IMG/VR virus record: IMGVR_UViG_3300027708_000012
Coordinates: 281,370-345,369 of that record
Reading direction: 5' to 3' (one strand)
DNA: 64,000 nucleotides
Shown here: positions 1-8,201 of the stretch, in pieces
Layout: each line of letters starts with the position of its first letter
Position numbering within the stretch: the stretch's first letter is position 1
The notes under the pieces: generated by a model
What the model was told of the DNA's origin: nothing
Database searches by the model: none
Seen by the model: only the letters and a program-made list of their open reading frames with translations
Position numbers and translations under genes: made by a program

Positions 1-1621
1 GCTGATAAACAACACTGACAAGACGTTCAGGTGCATAGTCAAATACTAGTACACTTTCCTTCTCACCTTTAGCCCACGGAGTTTTACAACGGAAACAGCC
101 TTGGAAGTAATCGCTAGCACTCTTGTCGTTGTTCATTTGATGCACACTCCACCATTCGGGAATACTAGTTCCTTCAAGGAAACGCCCGCAAGTTAGTGTA
201 ATAGTACCAAGCCCGCCTTCGATAGTGTCACGTTGAATCAAATCTTTAACAGTTTGAATGTCTTTAACACCTTTGCCGCTAGCATTAATAATTCGTCGCT
301 TGCCAAAAAATTGATGTTGTTTCAACATCTTTTCCAATGCGGCAATTGCAGCAACATCGTTTGGCAATACCCAAAGAGTGTGTCGGCTAACTTTGTCTGC
401 AAAACTAATAAAACGTTTTGGTGGTTTCTTGTAAGTTGTCACAGCAAATGACAAAAATTCATTTACAGCCATTGTGTTTTTAAATGTGCCTTGCTCAGTG
501 GCAAATAGTTTAGGAAATGTAAAGCCATCTTCGCCTAAGAGATCTTTAACCTTGTCTGGAACATTAACCATGGCATAGTTAATATCGGCACGATACTTGA
601 ATTGCTTGGCAAGAACTGTATCAGGAGTCAACAATGCTTGTTTACGCAACTGTTGTTCTTCAACATAGTCAAAGTTATAAATTAGATCTTGTTCATAACG
701 TCCACTAAGCACAGTCTTATAAGGTGTACCACTCAATTCAACTTTCTTACTGAATTTTAATTTGTCCCACAATCGTTGTGTGTTGTCAGTAGTGGTTGCA
801 TAATGTTGCTCATCGAATGCTACCAAATCCCAATACACATTAAAGATATCTTTAAGCAGCTTATTAGGATTATCAAAATGTTTGTTAATAAATTGCAAAC
901 TGACAAATACTACATTTACAGGTCGTTCGCACTTTAGCGTTTTAACTCGTTTGTAATCATGATATTGCCAGTCAGCATAGTTAACGTGACTTTCTTCTCC
1001 GTTAGGCAACAACGCACTCCAGCTGTCATTGACACCAACTTTGGCCGTAACTACCAGTACAGTCTTTGCTTTTTGTGCTCGAGCAATTTCATAAGTCATA
1101 AAACATTTGCCAGCCCGCATAATAGCATTGACCAGAATGTCATTTTTAGTTTTAAATTTATCAACAGCCCAGTCAACAATTTTTTGTTGGTAAGGAAATG
1201 CAGGAAAGTCTTCCAAGGCCATAACACCGTGACGAACTTCGTTAATAAGTTGTTTACCAATATTAACTACATTGTCTACACTTTCTTGTTTTGGATCAAA
1301 GAACCATTCAGATGCGGTATTATCGCTAGGTACCCACATACCCATACGTTTTTGTTTTGGGTGTAGCACACTTTGTTCTAGTTGACGGAGTTTACTCAAA
1401 CTTTCGTGCTTGTCGCCCGTTTCACATATATCACTTACATCTTCAACCCAGAGGATTTCGTAAGGATCGGCAGAATTTGCAGCTGTTAGCTGTTCTTTAA
1501 TTCGAATTTCGGCTGCCTCATGAGCACTATTGGCTTTACGTCTAGCAGAGCCATTTTTAACCTGATGCGCTTTTCGATTTAGCTTAGTAGTATACCAATA
1601 CATCACGCTATAATACTGCAT
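1..1621 (-). CDS. SF2 helicase of type III restriction (Res)-like family with probable N-terminal GIY-YIG/T5orf172-like nuclease region; runs off the left edge
   Basis: Not in ORF track. Manual translation from ATG 1621 (GGAG RBS): MQYYSVMYWYTT...SEWFF...NAIMRAGKC (Walker A)...AFDEQH (Walker B)...LSGTPY...TLTCGRFLEGTSIPEW...YFQGCFRCKTPW; open to position 1. Confidence 0.85.
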   Translation of the reverse strand, partial: MQYYSVMYWYTTKLNRKAHQVKNGSARRKANSAHEAAEIRIKEQLTAANSADPYEILWVEDVSDICETGDKHESLSKLRQLEQSVLHPKQKRMGMWVPSDNTASEWFFDPKQESVDNVVNIGKQLINEVRHGVMALEDFPAFPYQQKIVDWAVDKFKTKNDILVNAIMRAGKCFMTYEIARAQKAKTVLVVTAKVGVNDSWSALLPNGEESHVNYADWQYHDYKRVKTLKCERPVNVVFVSLQFINKHFDNPNKLLKDIFNVYWDLVAFDEQHYATTTDNTQRLWDKLKFSKKVELSGTPYKTVLSGRYEQDLIYNFDYVEEQQLRKQALLTPDTVLAKQFKYRADINYAMVNVPDKVKDLLGEDGFTFPKLFATEQGTFKNTMAVNEFLSFAVTTYKKPPKRFISFADKVSRHTLWVLPNDVAAIAALEKMLKQHQFFGKRRIINASGKGVKDIQTVKDLIQRDTIEGGLGTITLTCGRFLEGTSIPEWWSVHQMNNDKSASDYFQGCFRCKTPWAKGEKESVLVFDYAPERLVSVVYQ

Positions 1622-1650
1622 CTTCACTCCAATTTACTGTTAATGTAATT

Positions 1651-1679
1651 ATTATACACTCAATATTTAAACAAGTCAA
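1651..1679 (-). promoter_or_regulatory. sigma70-type promoter for the helicase gene
   Basis: TTGACT-17 nt-TATAAT on minus strand. Confidence 0.75.
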
Positions 1680-1683
1680 CCAT

Positions 1684-1707
1684 AAAGAAACCCGCCGAAG
1701 CGGGTTC
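1684..1707 (-). terminator. Rho-independent terminator after tmRNA
   Basis: GAACCCGC-TTCG-GCGGGTTTCTTT on minus strand. Confidence 0.8.
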
Positions 1708-1716
1708 TACTATTTT

Positions 1717-2080
1717 TGGTGACAAAGCATAGTTGCTTCGCGAGGGCAGTTTTTTAGGCTGCTAATGCAAATTCTGCATCATTGGCAGAAGCCAATGTTA
1801 CTGGAACTTGAAAATACTCGAATGTAGATGTTTTAGCATTTACTTTAATTTGCTTGATTTACAGTCATCGCCTACTGAGTTGCCGTCTTCAATATCTAAC
1901 CCCGTCGAAACCATGGCAGGCCCATCATAAACACACTCAAATCTGAAAGGTGTCGCCTGTGACGCCTTGTGTTTATAACACCACCACTCGGGACTCAAAC
2001 CCGCATGTGTTTATGGTGGACCTGGCGGGAGTCGAACCCGCGTCCGAGATTCCTTCTATCCAAAGGAATTACAACTATTT
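1717..2080 (-). ncRNA. ssrA: Circularly permuted (two-piece) tmRNA
   Basis: Minus strand order: acceptor piece ending GCGGGTTCGACTCCCGCCAGGTCCACCA (CCA at 2014), 90-nt spacer, then 5' piece GGGCCTGCCATGGTTTCGACGGG (1923). Acceptor stem GGGCCTG/CAGGTCC has G3.U70. Tag frame ends ANDAEFALAA* at 1754. Confidence 0.92.
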
Positions 2081-2092
2081 CATTTAACCCAA

Positions 2093-2296
2093 TTACTTGG
2101 GTTGAATATTTGCTGCCTGCAAGCCTTTTTGACCTTGTACCACATCAAATGTCACTGATTGATTCTCTTGCAGAACTTTGAATCCTGATGTTTGAATCGC
2201 TGAGTAGTGTGCGAAAAGATCCTCGCCGCCGCCGTCTGGAGTAATAAACCCAAAACCTTTGGTTTCATTAAACCATTTTACTTTACCTGTTGCCAT
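2093..2296 (-). CDS. cspA: Cold-shock domain protein
   Basis: [21 protein letters not shown]...DLFAHYSAI...GLQAANI; RNP1/RNP2 motifs. Confidence 0.95.
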   Translation of the reverse strand: MATGKVKWFNETKGFGFITPDGGGEDLFAHYSAIQTSGFKVLQENQSVTFDVVQGQKGLQAANIQPK

Positions 2297-2404
2297 TTAC
2301 TTAATTTCCTGTTAAAACACTATTATAGTGTATTTTATTTATCAGAGCAAACATTTTGGCTAGAAAAACTAAATACTAGTACATTAAACACCGGGAGCGA
2401 ATCG

Positions 2405-2995
2405 ATGGCATTAGTCGACTCAGTATTAAATTTAATTAACAAGCAACCAAAAGATCCCAACGCACCAAAGCCTCTAGTAGGATCACGTAGCGAACGTGAA
2501 GCCAAACTAAAAGACAAAGCAGGTATGGTAATCAGTGTATTTGCACTATTACTTGCTGTCAACAGCTGGTACGGTGGCACACTCAGCAGTAAGGTATTAA
2601 ACAATACCATTGCTTCAAACAATGTATGGGCATTTTATCAAGCTAAAAGTATCAAACAAACTCTAGCAGAACAAAGCCTTGACGATGCTACTTATCGCAA
2701 AGAAACAGAAAAAATGGCTAAATTACAAGCCAAGATCGATCGTTACGAAAGCGATCCTAAAACAGGCGAAGGCAAAAAAGAATTAATGGAAAAGGCACGT
2801 GCGTTAGAAGCAGAGCGTGACGAAGCTAAAAAACGTAGCCCATGGATTGGTTATGCCAGTACAATGTATCAATTGAGTATTGTGGTGTTGTCAGCAAGTA
2901 TTCTTGCTGTTAGCATGAGCATGTTCTGGGGTAGCTTCTTTGTTGCTGGTTTAGGTGTATTGTTGTCAGCACAAGGCGTATACTTATTTTTCTAA
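2405..2995 (+). CDS. DUF4337-like membrane protein
   Basis: Start likely ATG 2405 after GGGAG and TAAATA; TM helices with WAFYQAKSIKQ and YQLSIVVLSASIL motifs. Confidence 0.7.
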   Translation: MALVDSVLNLINKQPKDPNAPKPLVGSRSEREAKLKDKAGMVISVFALLLAVNSWYGGTLSSKVLNNTIASNNVWAFYQAKSIKQTLAEQSLDDATYRKETEKMAKLQAKIDRYESDPKTGEGKKELMEKARALEAERDEAKKRSPWIGYASTMYQLSIVVLSASILAVSMSMFWGSFFVAGLGVLLSAQGVYLFF

Positions 2996-3003
2996 TTTAA
3001 AGA

Positions 3004-3106
3004 ACCCACCTTAGGGCACGTTAGTCGTCACGGTTATAGGCGTCCGAGCAATTGAACTGCACCTCGTTAGTGTGCCGGGAGATAAAGTAACTCCCACTTT
3101 TTTGGG
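3004..3106 (+). ncRNA. Candidate structured RNA ending in a terminator
   Basis: GGCACGTTAG...TTAGTGTGCC stem with G-U pairs, internal hairpins, then GGGAG-ATAAAGTAA-CTCCC-ACTTTTTT. Confidence 0.4.
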
Positions 3107-3116
3107 TAAATATATA

Positions 3117-3821
3117 ATGAATCCAATTATATATACCCTGATAGTAACACATATTACTATCGTCTGTGTTACCCTATTTTTACATAGAGGTCAAGCACAC
3201 AAAGGAATAGAATTCCACCCAATTCTAAGTCATTTTATGCGATTCTGGTTGTGGTTAACAACTGGAATGATTACTCGTCAATGGGTAGCTATACATCGTA
3301 AACATCATGTGTTCAGTGATAAGGAAGGCGATCCGCATAGTCCGCATATATTTGGCATTTGGAATATAGTATTTAAGGGTGTTACATTTTACGCTCGAGA
3401 AGGACGTAACGCTCAAACTATGATGAGTTACGGAAAAGGTACTCCTAATGATTGGATTGAACGTAATTTGTATACCCCATATAATTTCTACGGAATTCTT
3501 TTAATGTTGATTATAGATCTTGTATTATTTGGTCTGTGGGGATTAGTAATATGGGGTATACAAATGGTGTGGATACCTTTTTGGGCAGCAGGAGTTATTA
3601 ACGGAATAGGACATTGGTATGGATATCGTAACGGTACTACAAGGGATGGGAGTCGTAACATTAGTAACATTGGCATACTTATTGGTGGCGAAGAGTTGCA
3701 CAATAATCACCACTTGGATCCAGCGAGTGTTAAACTAAGTCGGCGCTGGTTTGAATTAGATATAGGCTGGATGTGGTTAAGTTTATTTAGATTTTTAAGA
3801 CTAGCTAAACTTACACGTTAA
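3117..3821 (+). CDS. Membrane fatty acid desaturase (delta-9/DesA type)
   Basis: His boxes HRGQAH, HRKHH, HNNHH; GEELHNNHH and WFELDIGW; ATG 3117 directly after TAAATA. Confidence 0.92.
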   Translation: MNPIIYTLIVTHITIVCVTLFLHRGQAHKGIEFHPILSHFMRFWLWLTTGMITRQWVAIHRKHHVFSDKEGDPHSPHIFGIWNIVFKGVTFYAREGRNAQTMMSYGKGTPNDWIERNLYTPYNFYGILLMLIIDLVLFGLWGLVIWGIQMVWIPFWAAGVINGIGHWYGYRNGTTRDGSRNISNIGILIGGEELHNNHHLDPASVKLSRRWFELDIGWMWLSLFRFLRLAKLTR

Positions 3822-3822
3822 C

Positions 3823-4581
3823 TTATAGATTACTTGCGTATTTTGTTGCTGTTGGAGCACGTTTAGCGGCTTGTACTTTGGCATTAGCTGGTCTTTCAAA
3901 CTTGTGTGTCCATGCTCTACTGGCGGCATCTGCACTAGGGTACTCTCGTCCTATATATCTTGCACCGTCTGGCTCGGATAATGCAAAATCAATTTGTCCT
4001 TGCCAGTTATCTTTCCAACTTGGACCTAATTTTTGTTTTAATTGCGCAAATCGAGGACCGTTATGTTGAAATAATCCTCCACTAGGTAAGCCGTTAGAAT
4101 CAATAGTTTCAACTCCTGATCTAAAGCCAGACTCGTGTGCTATGTTAGCCATCATGCCTGCAATCTGTGTTATGCTCATATTCCATTTTTGTTTGCAATG
4201 ACGAGCGATATCCCGCCAAGGAACAGAACCTGCAACTTGTTTAATTTCAACTTTAGGTTTAGCTACTGGCGGCGCCTTTGCTGTTTGTACTGGTGGCAAG
4301 GATTTAGGCTTGGCCGCTGGTGTAGCAACTGCTGTTGCTTTGGCTTTTGCAATATCTGCAGGACCAGTCATTCTTGTGTCAACGCCCGGAGGGCCAAATG
4401 GTGCTCTGCTAGGTATAGATTTTGGATCTAGTTTACCTGATCCTATTTTAGCAATATCGTCTTCTGCTTCTAGTGCATCAGCAAACTGTTGAGCTGGCGA
4501 ATTAGTTTTTGGTGCTAGGCCTTTAGCTTGTAACAGATTGTCTAAATCGTCTTCTTTAATAGTAAATTCGTTTGCTCTCAT
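3823..4581 (-). CDS. Phage tail lysozyme (Phage_lysozyme2-like) domain protein
   Basis: AGMMANIAHESG...GLFQHNGPR...QIDF...FERPA. Confidence 0.8.
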   Translation of the reverse strand: MRANEFTIKEDDLDNLLQAKGLAPKTNSPAQQFADALEAEDDIAKIGSGKLDPKSIPSRAPFGPPGVDTRMTGPADIAKAKATAVATPAAKPKSLPPVQTAKAPPVAKPKVEIKQVAGSVPWRDIARHCKQKWNMSITQIAGMMANIAHESGFRSGVETIDSNGLPSGGLFQHNGPRFAQLKQKLGPSWKDNWQGQIDFALSEPDGARYIGREYPSADAASRAWTHKFERPANAKVQAAKRAPTATKYASNL

Positions 4582-4588
4582 ACACTAT

Positions 4589-5230
4589 TTATCGCTTTCT
4601 TAGTTCGTTGACAAAATCTAACAGTAGCGCATGATGTTTTCCATTGTGGTACTTGCCTTTCATCCAACTATAGCTATTGTACCAAAATTGTTCACTTTCT
4701 GGATGAGCGCCAATCAGTCCTATACGTCCTTTTATTATAGCCATAGGGTCGTCGTTAGCATACTTGGCAATAGTATCATAATACCCTGTACCAGTAAAGG
4801 CACAGCCATCGTACCAAAACATGTTCATTGGGGTTCCTAGCCATTCTATTTTTATGTTTTTAGCATGCGGGCGGCGAGTATCTGTATTAGGTTGTTTTAG
4901 ATACTGTACAGCATCTATATCGCCTAGTAAATTAAAATAATGTTTGCCAGCCCAATACGCCCCCATGCATATACCAAGATAATAACCACCATTAGCTATA
5001 AACTGCTTAATACGAGCACCGTTATACTTAAACGCACGATTGAAGCTACTAGCATCACCGAAGCCGCCAGGAACTGCTACAATATCTACGCCATCAAAGA
5101 AGTTGTCTTCTAATTCGTTGATGCCAAAGATTTTAAAATTATAAAAGGCACTAAGTGCCTTTATAATACCATTTCCACTCTGCACTGAACACTTAGGATC
5201 GTACAAGAATAGTGCAATTGTAGGTTTCAT
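4589..5230 (-). CDS. BPL_N / class I glutamine amidotransferase-like protein
   Basis: VPGG, YLGICMGAY, HPE motifs; start ATG 5230 overlaps upstream stop. Confidence 0.8.
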   Translation of the reverse strand: MKPTIALFLYDPKCSVQSGNGIIKALSAFYNFKIFGINELEDNFFDGVDIVAVPGGFGDASSFNRAFKYNGARIKQFIANGGYYLGICMGAYWAGKHYFNLLGDIDAVQYLKQPNTDTRRPHAKNIKIEWLGTPMNMFWYDGCAFTGTGYYDTIAKYANDDPMAIIKGRIGLIGAHPESEQFWYNSYSWMKGKYHNGKHHALLLDFVNELRKR

Positions 5231-5355
5231 TTGAATAGTGTATGTTCTGCGTTGATCCACATGATTAACAGTATTAACCATAATACTCTTAATACGTTGT
5301 CAAAAATTCGTTCGTACCAATCTAATAATGTTTTAGTTTCTTTTTGTTGTGTCAT
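5227..5355 (-). CDS. Small membrane protein (42 aa)
   Basis: MTQQKETKTLLDWYERIFDNVLRVLWLILLIMWINAEHTLFK*, ATGA overlap with next gene. Confidence 0.55.
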   Translation of the reverse strand: MTQQKETKTLLDWYERIFDNVLRVLWLILLIMWINAEHTLFK

Positions 5356-5473
5356 TTTTTACTTCTATTTGTTGTACTTCTGGCTCAATATATTTGTCCC
5401 AGACTTTCTGTCCCGAGTTCCAACCAAATACTGTACAAAATCCAATAGCAACATAAGTTAGAATAAATCCCAT
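5333..5473 (-). CDS. Small membrane protein (46 aa)
   Basis: MGFILTYVAIGFCTVFGWNSGQKVWDKYIEPEV...; AAAGGA RBS and upstream TAAATA. Confidence 0.55.
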   Translation of the reverse strand: MGFILTYVAIGFCTVFGWNSGQKVWDKYIEPEVQQIEVKNDTTKRN

Positions 5474-5515
5474 GTCTGTGTCCTTTCATTAACTACTACT
5501 ATTTAGCCGGGCCGT

Positions 5516-5538
5516 AAAAATAGGAACCAAAGTTCCTA
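5516..5538 (-). terminator. Rho-independent terminator
   Basis: TAGGAAC-TTTG-GTTCCTA-TTTTTT on minus strand. Confidence 0.7.
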
Positions 5539-5618
5539 CTGTGGATTACGGATTCCCACGACACCTTATCTTGTGCCCGATTTAAAAATGCTTCCGAAAA
5601 AATTACGGAAGCTGCTTA

Positions 5619-6263
5619 TTACTTCCCCAATAGGCTATCAACCTTTGCTTCAGCAATGTCTAAACGAGCTTCGATAGCATCTAATGCTGGATCTGCTGGA
5701 ACTGCAACTGCTTCAACAACTTGTTGAACTACTTCTGGAGCAACTTCTTCACCTGTTGCGGCTGCAATAACTTCAGCAACTGCGTCAGCGGCAGCTTGTG
5801 CTACTTCTGGAGCTGGCGTTGGCATGTCAGCAACTGCGGCGATGATAGCGGCTGTGATTGCCACTGGATCAACTACAACTTCTGGCTCTGCTACAACAAC
5901 TGCCATAACTGCGGCTGAAACAATATCAGCAACTTCTGAGTGCTCAACTGGTTCTGCTTCGTACTGTGCTGTAACAACATCAGCAACTATGTCAGCGGCT
6001 TCTGCATGATCGGCACTTGGAGATAGTGCAACTACTTCTTCAACTTCAAAAGGTGCATCATTTGCTACGGCAGCAATGATAGCATCAATGTGAGCTTCTG
6101 TTTTTTCGGCAATTAAGTGATCAACTTGAACTTCAACTAGAGACAATCGTGCGTCTAGTTCTTCGATGCTTGTGGCATTGTCTGTATTAACTGATGTACC
6201 AGTTAGTGTTGCTAACTTGGCTTCTACGGAAACTAATCTTGCGGCTAAATCTTCTAATCTCAT
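5619..6263 (-). CDS. Acidic Ala/Val/Glu-rich protein with three short coiled-coil repeats
   Basis: LxARLxxxE(A/V)(K/Q)(L/V)xxL three times; AAGGAG RBS. Confidence 0.75.
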   Translation of the reverse strand: MRLEDLAARLVSVEAKLATLTGTSVNTDNATSIEELDARLSLVEVQVDHLIAEKTEAHIDAIIAAVANDAPFEVEEVVALSPSADHAEAADIVADVVTAQYEAEPVEHSEVADIVSAAVMAVVVAEPEVVVDPVAITAAIIAAVADMPTPAPEVAQAAADAVAEVIAAATGEEVAPEVVQQVVEAVAVPADPALDAIEARLDIAEAKVDSLLGK

Positions 6264-6346
6264 GTGATGCTCCTTAAGGGTTATGAGTGTGTACCACTAC
6301 GGCACACATCTATTTAAGTGATAACCGATTACAGCAGTATTACAAG

Positions 6347-7057
6347 TTAACTCCAATATCGATTATGGTATAAACTATCCCAGTAGGCTTTGTTATTGCG
6401 ATTGATAAAATTCTTAACAAGGTACTTGCCCATGCCAAGGTATCCCATCTTTTTAAATCTACGCGAGTCTTGCCCAAGGTGGTGGCGAACAATCCTAAAC
6501 TTCCTAGGATTGTATTTTTTAGATAAAAAGTAATCTTCACTTGTTAATAAGTTCTCAGGAAACCCGCCGTACTCTTCAAACTTATCTCTGCGTGTGAGCA
6601 TAAACGCACCGACCGCAAATGGACTAAAGAATTTTAGCGTATGGTTAATTAAATTAAATGCTGTGAATCCAATCTTTGCCCTAATATCCTTATCATAGCA
6701 TTTGATATTCAATCCAATAAGGTCTAGTTTTTTACGTTCAATTAATCTAACAGCATCACGAATAACAGTGGGTTTAAAAAATCGTACATCAGCATCAATG
6801 AATAAGATATAAGGTGTAGTGACTAGTCTAGCACCATTGTTTTTAGCAATACTAACAGGGCCGCCATCGATAATTTCTACATTTAAGTTACCCTTCATCA
6901 ATTGAATAACTTCACGTGTATTGTCCGTTGAACAGTCTGCAATGATGATTCTAGTGCTACCTATCATTTGATTGCGTAGGTGTGTTAATAGATAGGGAAT
7001 ATAGTTTTCCTCATTCTTACAAGGAATTACAATAGTAATCTTATCGCTGAATATCAT
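6347..7057 (-). CDS. Glycosyltransferase family 2
   Basis: TIVIPCKNEE, IIADCSTDNT, LFIDADV, SEDYFLS motifs. Confidence 0.9.
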   Translation of the reverse strand: MIFSDKITIVIPCKNEENYIPYLLTHLRNQMIGSTRIIIADCSTDNTREVIQLMKGNLNVEIIDGGPVSIAKNNGARLVTTPYILFIDADVRFFKPTVIRDAVRLIERKKLDLIGLNIKCYDKDIRAKIGFTAFNLINHTLKFFSPFAVGAFMLTRRDKFEEYGGFPENLLTSEDYFLSKKYNPRKFRIVRHHLGQDSRRFKKMGYLGMGKYLVKNFINRNNKAYWDSLYHNRYWS

Positions 7058-7224
7058 TGTTTCTTGCATTCGCCTACTACCTTAAAACTTTTAAACTTTA
7101 GTTGCCACTTCAATGTGCTTAGGACTTGCTCGCAAGTCTTTTGATCGTGGAATGTTAGTTCTACTTTTCCTGGCTGATCCGTCGGATCGTTTACGTGTAT
7201 CGCTATTAGGATCAATAACCACAT
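7054..7224 (-). CDS. Small exported protein (56 aa)
   Basis: MWLLILIAIHVNDPTDQPGKVELTFHDQKTCEQ...GECKKQ*; AGGAG RBS; ATGA overlap with GT2. Confidence 0.6.
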   Translation of the reverse strand: MWLLILIAIHVNDPTDQPGKVELTFHDQKTCEQVLSTLKWQLKFKSFKVVGECKKQ

Positions 7225-7978
7225 TGTCTTTCTCCTGTGTCCATGTAACTATCTCCCAAGTACCGTTATGATGTTCTACTAGGGCTGTACAACTTTCAAC
7301 CCAATCGCCATCATTCATATAAACAACATCATCTATGTTTTTAATTTCAGCATGATGTATGTGCCCGCATATAACACCATCAAAGCCACGCTTTTTACAA
7401 TATCCAGCAAGGTTCTTTTCAAAGTGGAACATAAAGTCCACAGCTTTCTTTACTCGCTTCTTAAGGTACTGACTAAGGCTAAAGTACCCAAAACCAAAGC
7501 GATGGCGTAGCCAATTGAACTTGCTATTAATCGATAAAATGACATCATATGCTTTGTCTCCTAAAAATGCTATCCACGGTGCTAGTCTAGTAATGCCATC
7601 AAACAAGTCACCGTGTGTAACTAAGTAATGATTGCCGTCAGCACCTATGTGTTCTATTTGATTGTGTATCTCAACGAGTCCAAAACTGAATCCATAAGGA
7701 ATCATTGGTCTTAAAAATTCGTCGTGATTTCCTGCAATATAAACGACACGAGTACCACGTTTAGCATGACCGAGAACACGACGCACCACATTAGTGTGGC
7801 TCTGTTTCCATCTCCATTTATTTTGTTGGATTCGCCAGGCATCAATTATATCTCCTACAAGGTATAGGGTATCACAAGAGTTGTGTTTAAGAAAGTTGTT
7901 TAACTTATCTGCTTGACAATCCCTTGTGCCTAAATGCACATCACTAATGAAAATGCTACGATAAGTTTTGGTTTCCAT
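7091..7978 (-). CDS. Metallophosphoesterase, PlcP/LpxH-like phospholipase C
   Basis: FISDVHLG, LVGDIID, GNHDEFLR, HGDLFD, GHIHH, GDWVESCTALVE motifs. Confidence 0.88.
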   Translation of the reverse strand: METKTYRSIFISDVHLGTRDCQADKLNNFLKHNSCDTLYLVGDIIDAWRIQQNKWRWKQSHTNVVRRVLGHAKRGTRVVYIAGNHDEFLRPMIPYGFSFGLVEIHNQIEHIGADGNHYLVTHGDLFDGITRLAPWIAFLGDKAYDVILSINSKFNWLRHRFGFGYFSLSQYLKKRVKKAVDFMFHFEKNLAGYCKKRGFDGVICGHIHHAEIKNIDDVVYMNDGDWVESCTALVEHHNGTWEIVTWTQEKDNVVIDPNSDTRKRSDGSARKSRTNIPRSKDLRASPKHIEVATKV

Positions 7979-8022
7979 ACCATTATTTATCGTAGCATTA
8001 TGTATGCAATATTACAAGAGCG

Positions 8023-8181
8023 TTACACTTGTACTACTGTCCACTTGTGTGTGAATGGTTTGCCTTCGGCCTTGTGTTTCAAGATTTTGGCGAACTCTTT
8101 CAAGCGAAGTTCGTATTGTTTCTCGGCATCGTGGTCGACGCAAGCCTTGTACAGTTTAGCTATTAGCTTTTTCTGTTTCAT
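8023..8181 (-). CDS. Small hypothetical protein (52 aa)
   Basis: [30 protein letters not shown]...; GGAGG RBS. Confidence 0.6.
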   Translation of the reverse strand: MKQKKLIAKLYKACVDHDAEKQYELRLKEFAKILKHKAEGKPFTHKWTVVQV

Positions 8182-8201
8182 GGTTGTGTCCTCCTTGATA
8201 G

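Noticed and set aside
233-1366. Plus-strand ORFs 233..451 and 959..1366
   Set aside because: Antisense shadows of the minus-strand helicase gene
2014-2080. Stand-alone tRNA gene
   Set aside because: T-arm and CCA present but no anticodon arm; its pairing partner lies downstream, fitting permuted tmRNA
1969-2181. 70-aa ORF containing WWTWRESNPRP
   Set aside because: Reverse complement of the tmRNA T-arm and acceptor end; a typical spurious translation
3004-3106. Pistol, HDV-like or hammerhead ribozyme
   Set aside because: Short look-alike words only; required pseudoknot or catalytic core sequences could not be assembled
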